Below are positions 33,752 to 46,616 of a DNA stretch of 64,000 nucleotides, piece after piece. Each line of letters opens with the position of its first letter. The stretch's first letter is position 1. A model generated the notes under the pieces. It was not told the origin of the DNA and did not search any database. It saw only the letters and a program-made list of their open reading frames with translations. The stretch is from Mytilus californianus (taxonomy: Eukaryota), in assembly GCF_021869535.1 (NCBI RefSeq), contig NW_026262648.1, positions 558,001-622,000 of the forward strand, read 5' to 3'. Made by a program: the position numbers and the translations under genes.

Positions 33752-36700
33752 TTCTATATATTTAATGCCAAATCCTTTCGTCGTTTGTCGTTTTTTGCCA
33801 TGGCATTGTCATTTCGTTTCCGACTTATGATTTTGAAAGTCCCTTTGGTATCTTTTGCTTCTATTTTAAGGAGAAATGTTACAAAATCTTTGTTCTAGAG
33901 TTTTAAATCAAAACAGTGCATATTGCATTTTCATTTATTCATTAATACTGCAAGTACTATGTATACTACAGTATTGGTTATACATTTTTCTTCATTACAG
34001 ATTAAAGTGGACGAGGTTGTGCGTTGTTCGTCAGGTCAAAATTTTTGAATAGTATTTAATACGCGAATATTTTCATAATGAATACAAAAATGGATCCTTC
34101 AAATGTTTCTGACAATAATGAATGCTGGAAATGTGGGTTCCATCTGCATTGTTTAATTAAAAACAGTGCATTGCATAAATACCAACGTTGGTGGGTAATC
34201 TGGAAAAAAATGAATTGACGTGTAACATGGATATAGCACCAATAAACTTTATTTTGTTGATCCTATTTCGAAATCTCTGGTAATGATTATCAAATTAGAT
34301 TACTCCACTGATTCTTTTAGTTAGTGCTCAGTAATAAAAGATCCATGTAATACAATAATGTCATCTTGAATCAAAACGAAAGGGTTAAAAAAAAAACATC
34401 GAAAGAGATGAGAGCTTAATATGTAAAATTGAATAGGAATATGTAGCATTTTTGGGGCATTTCCATTAAAACTGTTTCTTGGACGAACAATTATACAGTA
34501 GTGTATTTAATCATAAACATTGTAAATTCAATCACTTAAACAGTAAGGTATTGTACACAAAAACAAACCAATAAGACGATATGGTATGATTTTCAAATAG
34601 AGATAGCTATCCACCATATTAAATGATATGCATGTAAGCTGTAAGCAACTAAAGGTCATCATAAGGCCTGGCGTAAAGTCAGCTAAAAAGACCTCGTTAG
34701 AACATAATATGAATCAATTCAACCGATTAAAAAACAACGGTTTGATCAGACACAAAACAATTAACGAAACACAATAATAACAAACAGCAACCAACGAAAA
34801 CCATTGAATAACCTGGCTTGAAACAGGCACATACAAAATATGACAGCGTTAAACGTGTTTCTAAGCGTCCAGCGCTCCCTTATTTCGGGACATTGGTGTA
34901 ACAGAACAACATAAAAACAATTTGGTAACATGGTACCAATTGTGAAGCAGAATTGTATTTTGACATTTAAAGTATCGGCATTGATATACAGAAATTTAAA
35001 TCATGCCAAATGATTTTTTCTATCAAAATAAAAAAAAAAAAAAAAGCCAATTCAATGCAAACTCAGTGCCATCAACATCCGTAGGCTAATGCAATAATTG
35101 AGGTCAGTATTATATAACAGATTATATGTTTCTTTTCTTAACATGCCACTTTTTTTTCTGTTGTCATCTTTATGTAAATTCAGTCAGTTTGGGAACTCTG
35201 TGTTGTAAATAGATTTTATTTAATGCAAATATCCTGTATAATATCTTTTTTTTGATATTATCGTAATTTGATTCAAAACGTGTCCAGTAAGATGCTTACA
35301 TGTAAAACTATAAAGATAGATCAGATCCACAGATTTATAAATTAATGATGTTTAATCCTTCATAGGAAGAAAAATATGACATTTCCGATTTATTATATGT
35401 ACTTAGATATCATTTTATCCTATCTTAAAAAGTAAGAATGAGATGTATACCACAAAACATAAAAGTTTAAACATATAAAATCCATTATCTACTGATGAAA
35501 ATTATATTGAAGTGTTAAGTACGTTTTGAAATGTATATCTATCGTAAATAATACGAGATTACAGTAACGGACATAAAGTTACAATGTGTTTTTTTTCAAA
35601 TCAGATCATGTAAATCATCTGGTTCTAATTCCAGGTAATATGGAATTATGAGGTATATAATTTAGAGATGCTGCGTTGCACAATTATTGAGAATATTCTA
35701 TAAACCACTTTATTGTTGCGAGCGATTAATAATCTCGTCATTCTTCAGTATGTCAAACCTAGATCTTCTTTTATGTGAACACGCCACCAAAACTAAAGTT
35801 GTAAAATCAGGAAAATAAATCGCTACAAAGTCGCTAACAAGCGTTGGATTACAGTATTTTTATCCTTTTTGAAGCAAAAAATCTTCTGCTCTGTCCAAAC
35901 GATCTCAGAAACGTGCAATAAAAGATATGTAAAAGACAATATTAATATCCCCCACCCCCCACGTAAAGAAACACTCTTCAGCATGAGATTCGAGGGAAAG
36001 GAATTTGAAAAATATCACTCATTGATAAAAACTGTTCCTGGCAAAATGATAAATTCCTATTTTGAGAGGAATAAAAAGAAGATTGCGTACTATTAAACTG
36101 GTGACTTGTCTTTCCAGAATAAAGATGTATCTCATTATTACTTGTGTCAGATTAAGTGCCAAATTATCCTTGCCGGTAGTAGGAATATTAAGAGGCGTTC
36201 AAAGATACTTATTAATTGTTACAACACTTTGAGGGGTCCAAGTAATTGTAGTTTATGTGAATTTGTTTTTGTAGGAAATTTTGAACCGGAAGAATTTAAT
36301 TCATTGGTCATGAAATATAGATATAATTTTAGAATAATTCACTTTTCTACTTTTAAAAAAATGAACTGTTTCTTATATTTAATTAGAACATTGATTGTTC
36401 TATATGCATTATAGGATTCTATATTTTCATTGAAGCTGGCTTATAACTTGAAGTAAAATTTCTTTGATATGTTATAATATTTCTATGTTATTCAGACGAA
36501 CACTAAGTCTAATCTCTCTTTTAAATGCATAACTTTTACTTAATTAAGAGTAATAAATGATTCAAGTTCAGACTAGTATTGCTTTCAACCATCTTATTTT
36601 GTTGGAATCAAGTTGCTTAAATTTCTATATGAGGAAACATGTTGTTTCAATGGAATGTCTTATTTTAAAACCTAGTAATCTTTTTCATTAGTTTTCAAGT

Positions 36701-36777
36701 TTCTGAATTGCAAAACGTTATACAAAAACACGTTTGACTTAATTCATTTCCGCAAACCACGTTTCTAAACTTGGATC

Positions 36778-37075
36778 ATGGTGATATTCCTCCTTTGCCT
36801 TCTTCATATAGTTATGGAAAACTGTTATGGGGTTTACAAGTCTGAACACTGCTACACAAGAATAAATGCAGTAAGTAATATTCTTTGCGATGATGGATTC
36901 ATGTTATCACTAGACAACACTTCGGCAGTAGTTTGCGGTAAAGTTTGTGCCTCACATCCTTCCTGTGTTTCGTTTATATTTAGTAATAATGGAGATTGCC
37001 ACCTACACAACAACGTTTTATTTGATACGAAACACTGTCAAAAGTCTCCAGATTCTTCATATTATGTCAGTGAAG
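36778..37075 (+). CDS. Lectin gene 2, exon 1: signal peptide + PAN/apple domain
   Basis: MVIFLLCLLHIVMENCYG leader, then CGKVCASHPSCVSFIF...CHLH. Phase-1 GTAAGC donor at 37076. Confidence 0.9.
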
Positions 37076-39539
37076 GTAAGCGATTTTATTTCAGGTTGCA
37101 TTTACTTAACATATAGGCAGATTCCCTAAAGCTGTTAACGTTGAAATGTTTACTGAATATATATTCAGGAAGTTTAATACGGTTTGAACTTTAAATTCAG
37201 TGGAGTAACCCTATAAATGGTAATCAAGAACTTTGATTTGTTCCTAATGTCGTAACTACTATCCGGTCCCCTTTTTCCGAATTTGACCTACCGAATTAGA
37301 CTAATTACCGGGTTTGTTCTAACATTAGCAACAGGATATGCTTACCCTTCCGGAGCACCTTAGATCATCCGGACTTTTGGTGGGGTTCATGTTGCTCAGT
37401 CTTTAGTTTTGTATGTTGTGTTTTGTGTACTATTGTTTGTCAGTTGGTCTTTTTTTTTAAGCCAGGGCGATGTCAGTTGTCAATTTATGAGTTTGAATGT
37501 CCCTCTGGTATCTTTTGCCTCTCTTTTTATTGATGCCTAGAGTATGTAACTCTAAATTGTTAGTTTATATATATTTATATATTTTTTTCTAGCAGTAAAG
37601 CGTACTATGATTACTGTTGATGAAAATATATTGAATACACAAATATTGGAGTTTCTTAGCATTGAACGCAAATCTGTATTCAAAACGTTGCTCGTCGCAA
37701 GTAAACTTTGGAAATTATCTTGCTATCCGGGATGAAGTTAACATGATGAGAGGACTCGTTTTGAAGTTAATGTCTTCAAAAGTTAACTTTAGTAGCCAAC
37801 TTGTCCCCCTCATTAGATAACTTTTTTTGGCAATCATAGATCAAAATAAAAAAACCGGTCCAATGAACCATGATACTTTTCTTTTTAGGTTAGTTAACTT
37901 AACTTCTTTCATTGAACATTTTGCAAGTCAATGTTTTCATTCATCAATTTATCTTGTTATATAAATTATGGTCGCAGCGATCTGTAGTGGCGGGAACTCT
38001 GGCACACTTATAAATAATGCAATTGGATATTACTTCAATTCAAACAAAGTTCACACCAGAAATGCGTGTATGGGCATCCTTTATCTTTTCTTTCAGTTTT
38101 TGTAAATCCATTTATCACTCCGATATTTCACAAAAAAGATTAAATGAACGTTATAATTGAAATAAATAGTTTATTTTGTGAATCTCAATGATTAAATGTC
38201 CAGAAAGGAGCGTTACACCTAAAATGCTCATTTGTATGCCTATTGCAAGTCATTTTGTTTGATGTTCGTTTTTCGCATTTAGTCGTTTCAAGAAACTGAT
38301 AAGTTTTTTTAAGATTCGAAATTTGTCATGGTGGTCCTTTTGTAGTTAACCATACGGTATGCATTGCTGATAGTGAAAGGTTGTACAGCTACGGACAGTG
38401 CTTTCCTTCTCGTCTTTTAATTACTGGTGGATAGTTGTGTCATTGGCAATCAAACCATACCTCCACATGTTTATATACAATTATACAAGTCTATTGTTTA
38501 TTAATTTCTATGTCTCTCCACATTAATGCAAAATTTAGGATACAATGACAGTATTTTCATCATGCACCATTGCGAGCCTATGTTTATATAAAATTATACA
38601 AGTATATAGTTTATTAATGTCTATGCCAATCCATCTCAATGCAATATATAGGATACAAAGACAGTATTTTCATTATGCACCATTGCGAGTCTAGGATTTA
38701 CTGTCTGTAAGTGAAGATGCGTAGTCTCAAAGTTATCAGCATGACTATATTTTTGTTGTCAATTGACTAATAAACGGCATCAATTATATTATGGTACTGG
38801 TTAGTTGAGAAAAAAAAAACGCTTCAAACTTATCTGTAAATGACAAACCATTGCTCAGTGTAACATCATTTCTTTTTTTCTAAATTCGTTATTTCTAGAT
38901 TTAAAATCCAATTGTTCATATAGTTGTAGCTGTTAATCACTTGACGTTCTGAATTGCCTTTACATGTCCGAAATGACAGTCAAATAAATTTTTAATCAGA
39001 ACGAAAACTGTAAGGTGAGAATGTTTATGATGTTGTTGTCTGCAGACATAATAGTGATTTGGTATTTCACGCCTTGAAATACGAAACTACGGATATTCCT
39101 GAAAATTGGAAAGAAAATGTGCCAAGCGCAATATTTAAATTTACAGTTATTTAACTGATTTGAAATTAAAAAAAAAACAACATCAAAATGTATCAAAACA
39201 GGTCATGTTTTAATTTCCGATTTGACAACTATCGATAACCAAAGGTCGCAGATGTGAACAATTACAATTCACAATACGGTCGGTCGTAAAAAAAGTAGCG
39301 AATGATATCTGGTATAGAGGACTATGCATTATATAAGTAAAACAATGATAAAAATAAAACCAGCGGCCTAATTTATACCAACACAATGATCAACAAAAAA
39401 TTTAACAAACACTTACAAAAAAGAATAAAGAATATAAATTGATATATGTTTTGTTAGTGTTGTTTGTCCTTTTGTCGTTTTATTTTTGGCCATGGTATTG
39501 TCTATTTTTGACTTATAATTTTGTGAATGCCTATATCAC

Positions 39540-40155
39540 TTGCCTGCCTGGTGTTGTGAATTCGAACCCCAAATGTTGCATGTGAATTAAACTCCAATTT
39601 AATTGACTAGGATCGTCAATTTTCCTTCCGAAAGTGATTGCCAATGAAACAATAATCCACCGAAATTGAACTGATGTGGATGTAAACAATTATAGGCAAC
39701 CGTTCGGCTTGCAACAATGAGAAAACCCATACCGTATAGTCAGCTATAAAAAACCCCGACATGAACAATATGAAACAATTCAATTGAGAAAACTTATGGC
39801 CGAATTCATAACAAAACAATTTACGATAAAACAAATATGAAAGACATGAACCAACGATTATCACTGAACTGCAGGCTCCTGACTTGGTACAGGCACATAT
39901 TTAATGTGGCGAGGTTAAACATGCTTGTGAGCGCTAAACCCTCTTCTTACCATTGGACAGTGGTGCAACAGTACGACATCAGAACAAAGTATAAAAATGA
40001 GTTGAAAAGGGCAAAACTCATCAAATCGATAAAAAGCATAAAAACATCCTAAGTTTTCTCCACCAAAAGAAAAATGACTGCCACGATGTAGCCAACAGTG
40101 TTGACTAAAAATTGGCGTTGAACAACCAATAATCAATTAATCAATCAATCAACTA
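39540..40155 (+). mobile_element. tRNA-derived SINE split by a family A insertion (39634 to about 40035)
   Basis: B-box-like GAATTCGAACCC (39558-39569). SINE body runs to 39633 and resumes at about 40051 with TCCACCAA...GACTGCCACGAT...(AATC)n. Confidence 0.6.
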
Positions 40156-40337
40156 ACCAATTGATATATTCCCTCTTTTTATAATAAAAAAAAAAACGTA
40201 TTATAAACAAAATGATAAAAGTAATAAAATAATAAAATAATAAAAATAATAAGAATGTTAAAATAATAGAAATGATAAAACGTAATAATTTTAATATCAA
40301 TAATTATAGTAATGCATTAAGTTTTCATTTGCATTAG

Positions 40338-40486
40338 ATGTTCTACAAGAAACAACGACAGAAATTATGACGTTGTTTGAAGAAAGCACAGCTAGTGTAT
40401 TGATTTGTAATTCTGGATGGTTAAAGCTAGGTAATGGGTGTTATATGTTCACTCCAGATGGAACAAAATACTGGACTGATGCTAAG
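40338..40486 (+). CDS. Lectin gene 2, exon 2: Thr/Glu-rich linker + CTLD start
   Basis: AG acceptor at 40336-40337. Reads DVLQETTTEIMTLFEESTASVLICNSGWLKLGNGCYMFTPDGTKYWTDAK. Phase-0 GT donor at 40487. Confidence 0.92.
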
Positions 40487-41249
40487 GTAATATAATAAAT
40501 TTTATGAGACAAACCTGTATCCTTTTTTTTTGTTCTGTTTTTTTTTGTTTGGTTTTGTTTGTTTGTTATTCTATGGGGGTCTTCATCAGCTACAGATATG
40601 TAGTAATTGTTAGAAATAAATTGATTTCCAGGGGGAATTAATTCAAATGTTTATCGCTTATAGATTATAAAATGTGTCTTTTTTCAAAAAGATATTATAA
40701 GATATGGGTCAAGGAATTTTTTTCAAGCTACATATTGTGAACAATATTCCGATTTTGTATTGATCATACAAGGAAAGTCCATATTTGCGTTCATAGATAG
40801 AAAACAGAAAGGAAATAGGGACGAGCCGAAGAGTATTAAAACTGGTAATTCCGAAAAATTGTACAAAACACGCTTAATGTATTATATGTATGGGATAGAA
40901 CCTGTCGTAATAACATGATTAATTTTATGCCTTGCACACAATTTGAATATTTCATGAAATATAGGCCTTCTATTGGAAATTTATTACTGAAACGTTCAAT
41001 GAATTTTAACGAATTTTAAGTTTATTTTTCTGCTGTTAAAACTTTAATATATACAAATAAAAAAATAGTGATTCAAAATATATTATAAAAATTAAGAATT
41101 AAGACTTTAACACATCGAAGACTGCAATTTTTCTTACTTTCAATCCTTTTTTAATTAGAATATGACTTACAGGGAAAATCAAGGTAACTATCCCTGTTCT
41201 GAATAAAGATCATATAACTGCTCCTAATCATGTCATTTACACTCTGACG

Positions 41250-41630
41250 CTTCCACCCTAGAACAGGTTCTAACATGTGTACCCTCGAATCTATTTTGAC
41301 ACTTCCACCCTAGAACAGGTTCTGACATGTGTACCCTCGAACCTATTTTGACAGCTCCACCCTAGAACAGGTTCCGACATATGTACCCTCGAACCTGTTT
41401 TGACACTTCCACCCTAGAACAGGTTCTGACATGTGTACCCGCGAACCTATTTTGACAACGCCACCCTAGAACAGGTTCTGACATGTGTACCCTCGAACCT
41501 ATTTTGACACTTCCACCCTAGAACAAGTTCTGACATTTGTACCCTCGAATCTATTTTGACAGCTCCACTCTATTACAGGTTCTTACATTGGTACCTTCGA
41601 ACCTACTTTGACAGGTCTACCCTAGAACAG
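41250..41630 (+). repeat. 52-bp minisatellite, 7 full units + 1 partial
   Basis: Unit CTTCCACCCTAGAACAGGTTCTGACATGTGTACCCTCGAACCTATTTTGACA starting at 41250, 41302, 41354, 41406, 41458, 41510, 41562 and 41614. Confidence 0.95.
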
Positions 41631-43918
41631 ATGAGAACAGTTTAAGCTGAGAAAAATTTGGACAGCTCTACCCTTGACTGGTTTTTGCAGTTCTACCCTA
41701 GAACTGATTCTGATAGTTCTACTTTTGAGCTAATTCTTACACTTCTATTCTCTGTTTGGAATACTTTCTCTTCTTTGACAGATTATACTGACAATTCTAA
41801 AATGAAAATAAAACTTGACAAATGTCTGTGGCTCATACGTTTTTCTGGATTGACCATCATCGTGAAGCTAAAATCAAAAATACCAAAGGCAAGGATGTAA
41901 AAATACTCGATCACGTAAGGAGTTGTATGAACATAAAGAGACCAGACAGAACGGCCAAATACATCTAAGATCAATTTTGCTTGACATATTATAATCTTAG
42001 TTTCATGGACATTTCGCTTTAATTAAATAACCATGTACAGTGTTGCATTATAAGTGATAACAATAATACCTAACTTAGGCAACAGTTGTTAACCGATGTT
42101 CAATATATTAGAAAGTAATCAGACCCCAATAACAGCCGACGATCCTTAACTTGACACATTAATAGCAACGTAAATATATGTGTGTATGTGTGTGTGTTTT
42201 TGTTAGTGTTTACATTTTAATTTATGTTTGTTCTTTTGTTGTTTCTTGTGAAATTATCTAGGTTTTTTTGTATTTTTTTTTGTTTTACATTTCATTTTTT
42301 TAGAAAATGCAAGTCAAAAAATTAAAATTTAACGATTAAAGGAATGCAAAATAAAAGGTAAATGATACGTTCTCATTTCTCTTTTTTTATAAAATGACAC
42401 GACATTATTTCAAATTTCATAAAATAAGAAATGCTTTGAAATTGACTTATTTTCATAGACTATTATGTCAAAGATGATTTGCAATAATGTGCACTGCCAA
42501 GGGTTATAGTCAGCTTTTGAATGGAATCATTTGAAAAAAAAACAAAACGAAACAACATCAAATCATTATTTCAATGTGTTTATCTTATTAGAAACATTTC
42601 AAGAGTATCGCAATGTCTTTGAAGATTTTATCTAATAAGATTTACTTAACTAGTTAATTCTTTTTTTCTTCAATTTCCTAAAATTGCAACCATGATGCAA
42701 TATAGGACTATTGTGACCGTATATATGGAGACCTGGATTAAGATGAAATAATAAGATATTAAGATTACATATTTTTTTATTAATAAAAACACATAAATAC
42801 TATATGAAAAGTATATTAAAGCAATTCAGCTAACAGTATATATTCGAAAATTACAAAATATGCTGTCATTCGTCTCTATGATAACATCAAGAGAACCAAA
42901 ATAATATCTTATTCAGATGAAATTAGGAATTGCTTTCTGTATGATCGCTTTTCAAGCCTAGTCTGTGATATTCATTAATTTTATTCCTCGCTAATGCTCA
43001 GCATACAATTCGAATATCACGGCCTAGGCCATGCGTTAATTTCCAACAAATCTATGGCTTCCATAAATTATCTCGATTCTAAAAGGACAAATACGGTATG
43101 AAATCAGTAAATGTGTGAATAATGCAATAGAATAGAAAATAAAACAAAACCTACATCAAAACTCAATTTTAATGCAATATTATCCGAAATTGGAGGATTC
43201 ACGTAACGAAAACACTTTCAACTTTAGCGTTTTCATTCGTATCACGTCATGTTTTGAAATGACTTTAATGCGCCAAAAGCATTAATGGAATTTCGGGGAA
43301 TTTTATTTTATTTAGATTTTGTATATTTTTCCGAGCTCTAATGCATTAGTTTTTGTTGTTATGCATTAGAATAAGAATAAAGGTTCTGTAGTTTTTTTCA
43401 ATTGCATTTTTTTATCACAGCGAAATCAGCATAGCGTTTGCACATAGGTAACGATACATGTGGATTTACATGGGAGGTATATTGTAACAGCCGTGTACAT
43501 CTCTGAACCTGCGTTAAGTATAGATATATCGAGATTTTTATCACGGTGTTGTTTACAAAGCGAATGAAGCACATCGAATTAGAATATTAAGTAATGTCAA
43601 TATCATGTATATTGTTAAAACATATACATGTATAGTGGATATGATTGCTTCATGATATAATTTTTCTTCAAAAAGCTTTCTTTTTATCCTAAATTATGAA
43701 TCAGATATTTAATTTCGAAATTTCATTCTTTAGATACATTATCGCTATTTTAAATTTCGAATGATCTTTCGTGGTTCCTCTGGACTTTCGAAATAAAAAA
43801 AAACTCGAAGAGGTAGTTCACGTATTGTGAATTCTTTGTACTTTCATCGTGAAATGGTCATTGAAAAGTATTCATGAATATAAACTAAATAATAGTAAAT
43901 GCGTGTAATGTTTTGCAG

Positions 43919-44006
43919 ACATTCTGTAATTCCATTGGAGGTTACCTGGCGATGATAGAGACTTCAGAAGAAAATGAGTTACTTAAGTCCCATGTAGCTA
44001 CTATCT
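43919..44006 (+). CDS. Lectin gene 2, exon 3: CTLD helices
   Basis: TTTTGCAG acceptor. Reads TFCNSIGGYLAMIETSEENELLKSHVATI. Phase-1 GTAAGG donor at 44007. Confidence 0.92.
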
Positions 44007-44099
44007 GTAAGGAAACTTGGATTAATTTTTTATGCATTAGTGTTATTGTCAGGTTTCAATCAAAAACGTGCTAAAACCAAAATGGAATTTAAATAATAC

Positions 44100-44310
44100 G
44101 TATAAGAGAGGCGAAAGATACCAAAGGGACGTTCAATCTGATAAGTCAAAAATAAACTGAGAACGCTATGCCTTAAACAGAAAAAGAACAACAGGCAAAC
44201 AGCAGTAAATAAAACAACACAAAAAAGTAAAGACTGAGCAAGATGGACCCCACCAAAAACTGAGGGGTGATCTCAGGTGCTCTGGAAGGGTAAGCAGATC
44301 CTGCTCCACA
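44100..44310 (-). repeat. Dispersed repeat family B copy
   Basis: Matches 13268-13480. Confidence 0.8.
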
Positions 44311-44908
44311 TAGTACGAATCGAATAGCGTATCTTTATCAAATGATCTCAACATTTTTTAGCTCTTCACATTGCTATCGAACACAATGTTTATATCATAC
44401 TGTAAAATATTTTTGTGTGATATGTTGCATGAACAAAAAAAAACTAAAAAAAAAAGACAACAAAAATCATTCAAAGAAAAAAAGAGAAAAAGCATAGCGC
44501 TGACTCAGATATCACTTTCTTTATACTTGTCGGATAACAATAATAAGTTTCCTAAAATAGTACAAAATCTAAGTTATTTATCATTTTGATGCATACCCAT
44601 AATTACATGAACAACGACGTTACATATCCGATGTATTTATAATTATGATTTAATCACGTTTTTTTTTTAATAGAAATATAGAACAGTTGTATAGGCTTAA
44701 TTTGGTTAGGTAGTTAGGCTTGGTTCAAATGCTTATATTCTATATAGCTTTATATGAGTAACGTGTTACAATAAACCAATATGGACTTAAATTTTGGATA
44801 TTTTGGTTTTCGATCCACATTACTTTGTTTTAAATGATTTGGTCTTTCAAAGATTGAATTCGATGTTGAGTCGTATGTAGACGAATAAATACGGTTCACA
44901 ATTTTGTG

Positions 44909-45060
44909 CGCCAAACGCGCGTATCGTCTACAAAAGAATCATCAGAGACACTCGAATAAAACTGAATAAGTAAAAAGCCCAAATAAAAAACTGAATTAAA
45001 GAGCATTGAGGATACAATTCCGAAATTTTTTTGTCAAATACAGCTAAGGTTATCTATTCT
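44909..45060 (-). mobile_element. Repeat family D copy with a decayed hammerhead motif
   Basis: The - strand reads CTGATGA-TTC-TTTTGTA-GAC-GATA-CGCGCG-TT-TGGCG (44909-44955). The flank is related to 16500-16590. Confidence 0.6.
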
Positions 45061-45183
45061 CTGGTTAGACAATGCACGTCTGTCATCAGCCTGATATTCT
45101 TTTTATGAGTTTTTTTTTTATGGTATAGCGTACTTTTGATATGTCTACATTATAATTCTAATCTCATTTAACTTTTTCTGTAG

Positions 45184-45425
45184 ATCCGTCTTATGATTTC
45201 TGGATTGGAGGTTCCGACTTAACAATAGAAGGGGTGTTTACCTGGGAAAATTCAGGTGCCACTGTGAATTTGCCTAACAGCACTTTGTTTCATGGATGGC
45301 AACCAAATCAACCCGATAACAACAATGAAAACCAGCATTGTATGATGCTTGCTCACTATTTCAATTTCAACTGGAATGATGCAAAATGTGACTATCCTAG
45401 AAACTTTGTCTGTGAAAAAAACTGA
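45184..45425 (+). CDS. Lectin gene 2, exon 4: CTLD carbohydrate-binding half (QPD, WND)
   Basis: TTTTTCTGTAG acceptor. Reads YPSYDFWIGGSD...EGVFTW...WQPNQPDNNNENQHC...WNDAKCDYPRNFVCEKN*. The four exons join to 777 nt = 258 aa + stop. Confidence 0.95.
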
Positions 45426-46199
45426 ACACAGCAAAATAAGTAAACTTGCATTCTCTATTGTTTTTATATATTTTACATGTTTTAATGCTTGGAACCAAAT
45501 CAACCGATAACAAAATTGTAGTTTATATAACATTACTACACAGTACTATTACGAAAGACTCTCCAAATTTCCAAAATCGACAATATAAAAATAAGGAGAT
45601 GTGGTATGATTGCCAATGAGACAACTATCCACCAAAGCTGAAATGAAGTTGATGTAAGGTGTCTTACTTACTTTTCTAATGATAAGCATCGCATTTTTAA
45701 AACATAAGTCTCCAAAAGATAAAGATATGTCACATTTCATAGCCTTATCACCTATTCTTTATTTTTTTTGTAATTCAGTCAATAAAATGGCATAAACAGT
45801 TTTGTAATTCCGAAATTGGCTATAATATTTTTGATTGTCGATTGTTATACTGCAATCCCGTGATACGGGACGAGGTGGGAAAACAACATCTAAAAAAACT
45901 AATGTAAATATGTTCTAAATGAGAGACTACTGAAATTTTCTCTAAATTAGTTTGGAGTTCTCAAATAGTCAGATCCATGGTGTACGGGAGGCAACTCTTG
46001 ATATTCATCTCAGTACAGACATAGGAAAATATCCTTCGAAAAAAAAAATAAAGCTGTGGCATGGAAACGCACAAAAGAAAAAAATATGAAGAAATCACGT
46101 GATACGGGACGAGGTGGGAAAACAACATCTAAAAAATCGAGTCAAGAAGAGAAAATACTCGAAATAGGTTTTTTGCGTTAGTTTTGATAGTTTTGATAT

Positions 46200-46510
46200 T
46201 GTAACACAGTGATGACTGCTGTACCCATATTTTGACTATTTTATTTATTATGTCTGTTTTGTTCACGGATCGTTGTAAATATAACGGAATTTGATGAGAC
46301 TGTCGTACAAGTGAGAGGTTTAGCGCTATAAAACCAGGTTCAATCCACCATTTTCTACATTTAAAATGCCTGTACCAAGTCAGGAATATGGCAGTTGTTG
46401 TCCATTCGTTTGATGTGTTTTGTCATTTGATTTTGCCATTTTGTGATTAGGGACTTTCCGATTGAATTTTCCTCGGAGTTCAGTATTTTTGTGATTTTAC
46501 TTTTTAGAGG
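46200..46510 (+). repeat. Dispersed repeat family C, longer copy
   Basis: Shares additional upstream sequence with 25980-26100. Confidence 0.8.
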
Positions 46511-46616
46511 AGTCGCAGATAGAATGCAATGGTGTTGTTTAATAAAAAAAATCACAATCACAGGGTGATCGAATGAAAATACTGGCAAACTTTATCAAAT
46601 TCGCCATTCCCAATAT

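Noticed and set aside
26300-36400. A third lectin gene, or the many 60-100 aa ORFs in this interval.
   Set aside because: No PAN or CTLD motifs found. The ORFs are low-complexity AT-rich chance frames.
41250-41630. CRISPR-like array or steroid response elements (AGAACA..GTTCT).
   Set aside because: No unique spacers and eukaryotic context. Half-site spacing does not match AGAACAnnnTGTTCT.
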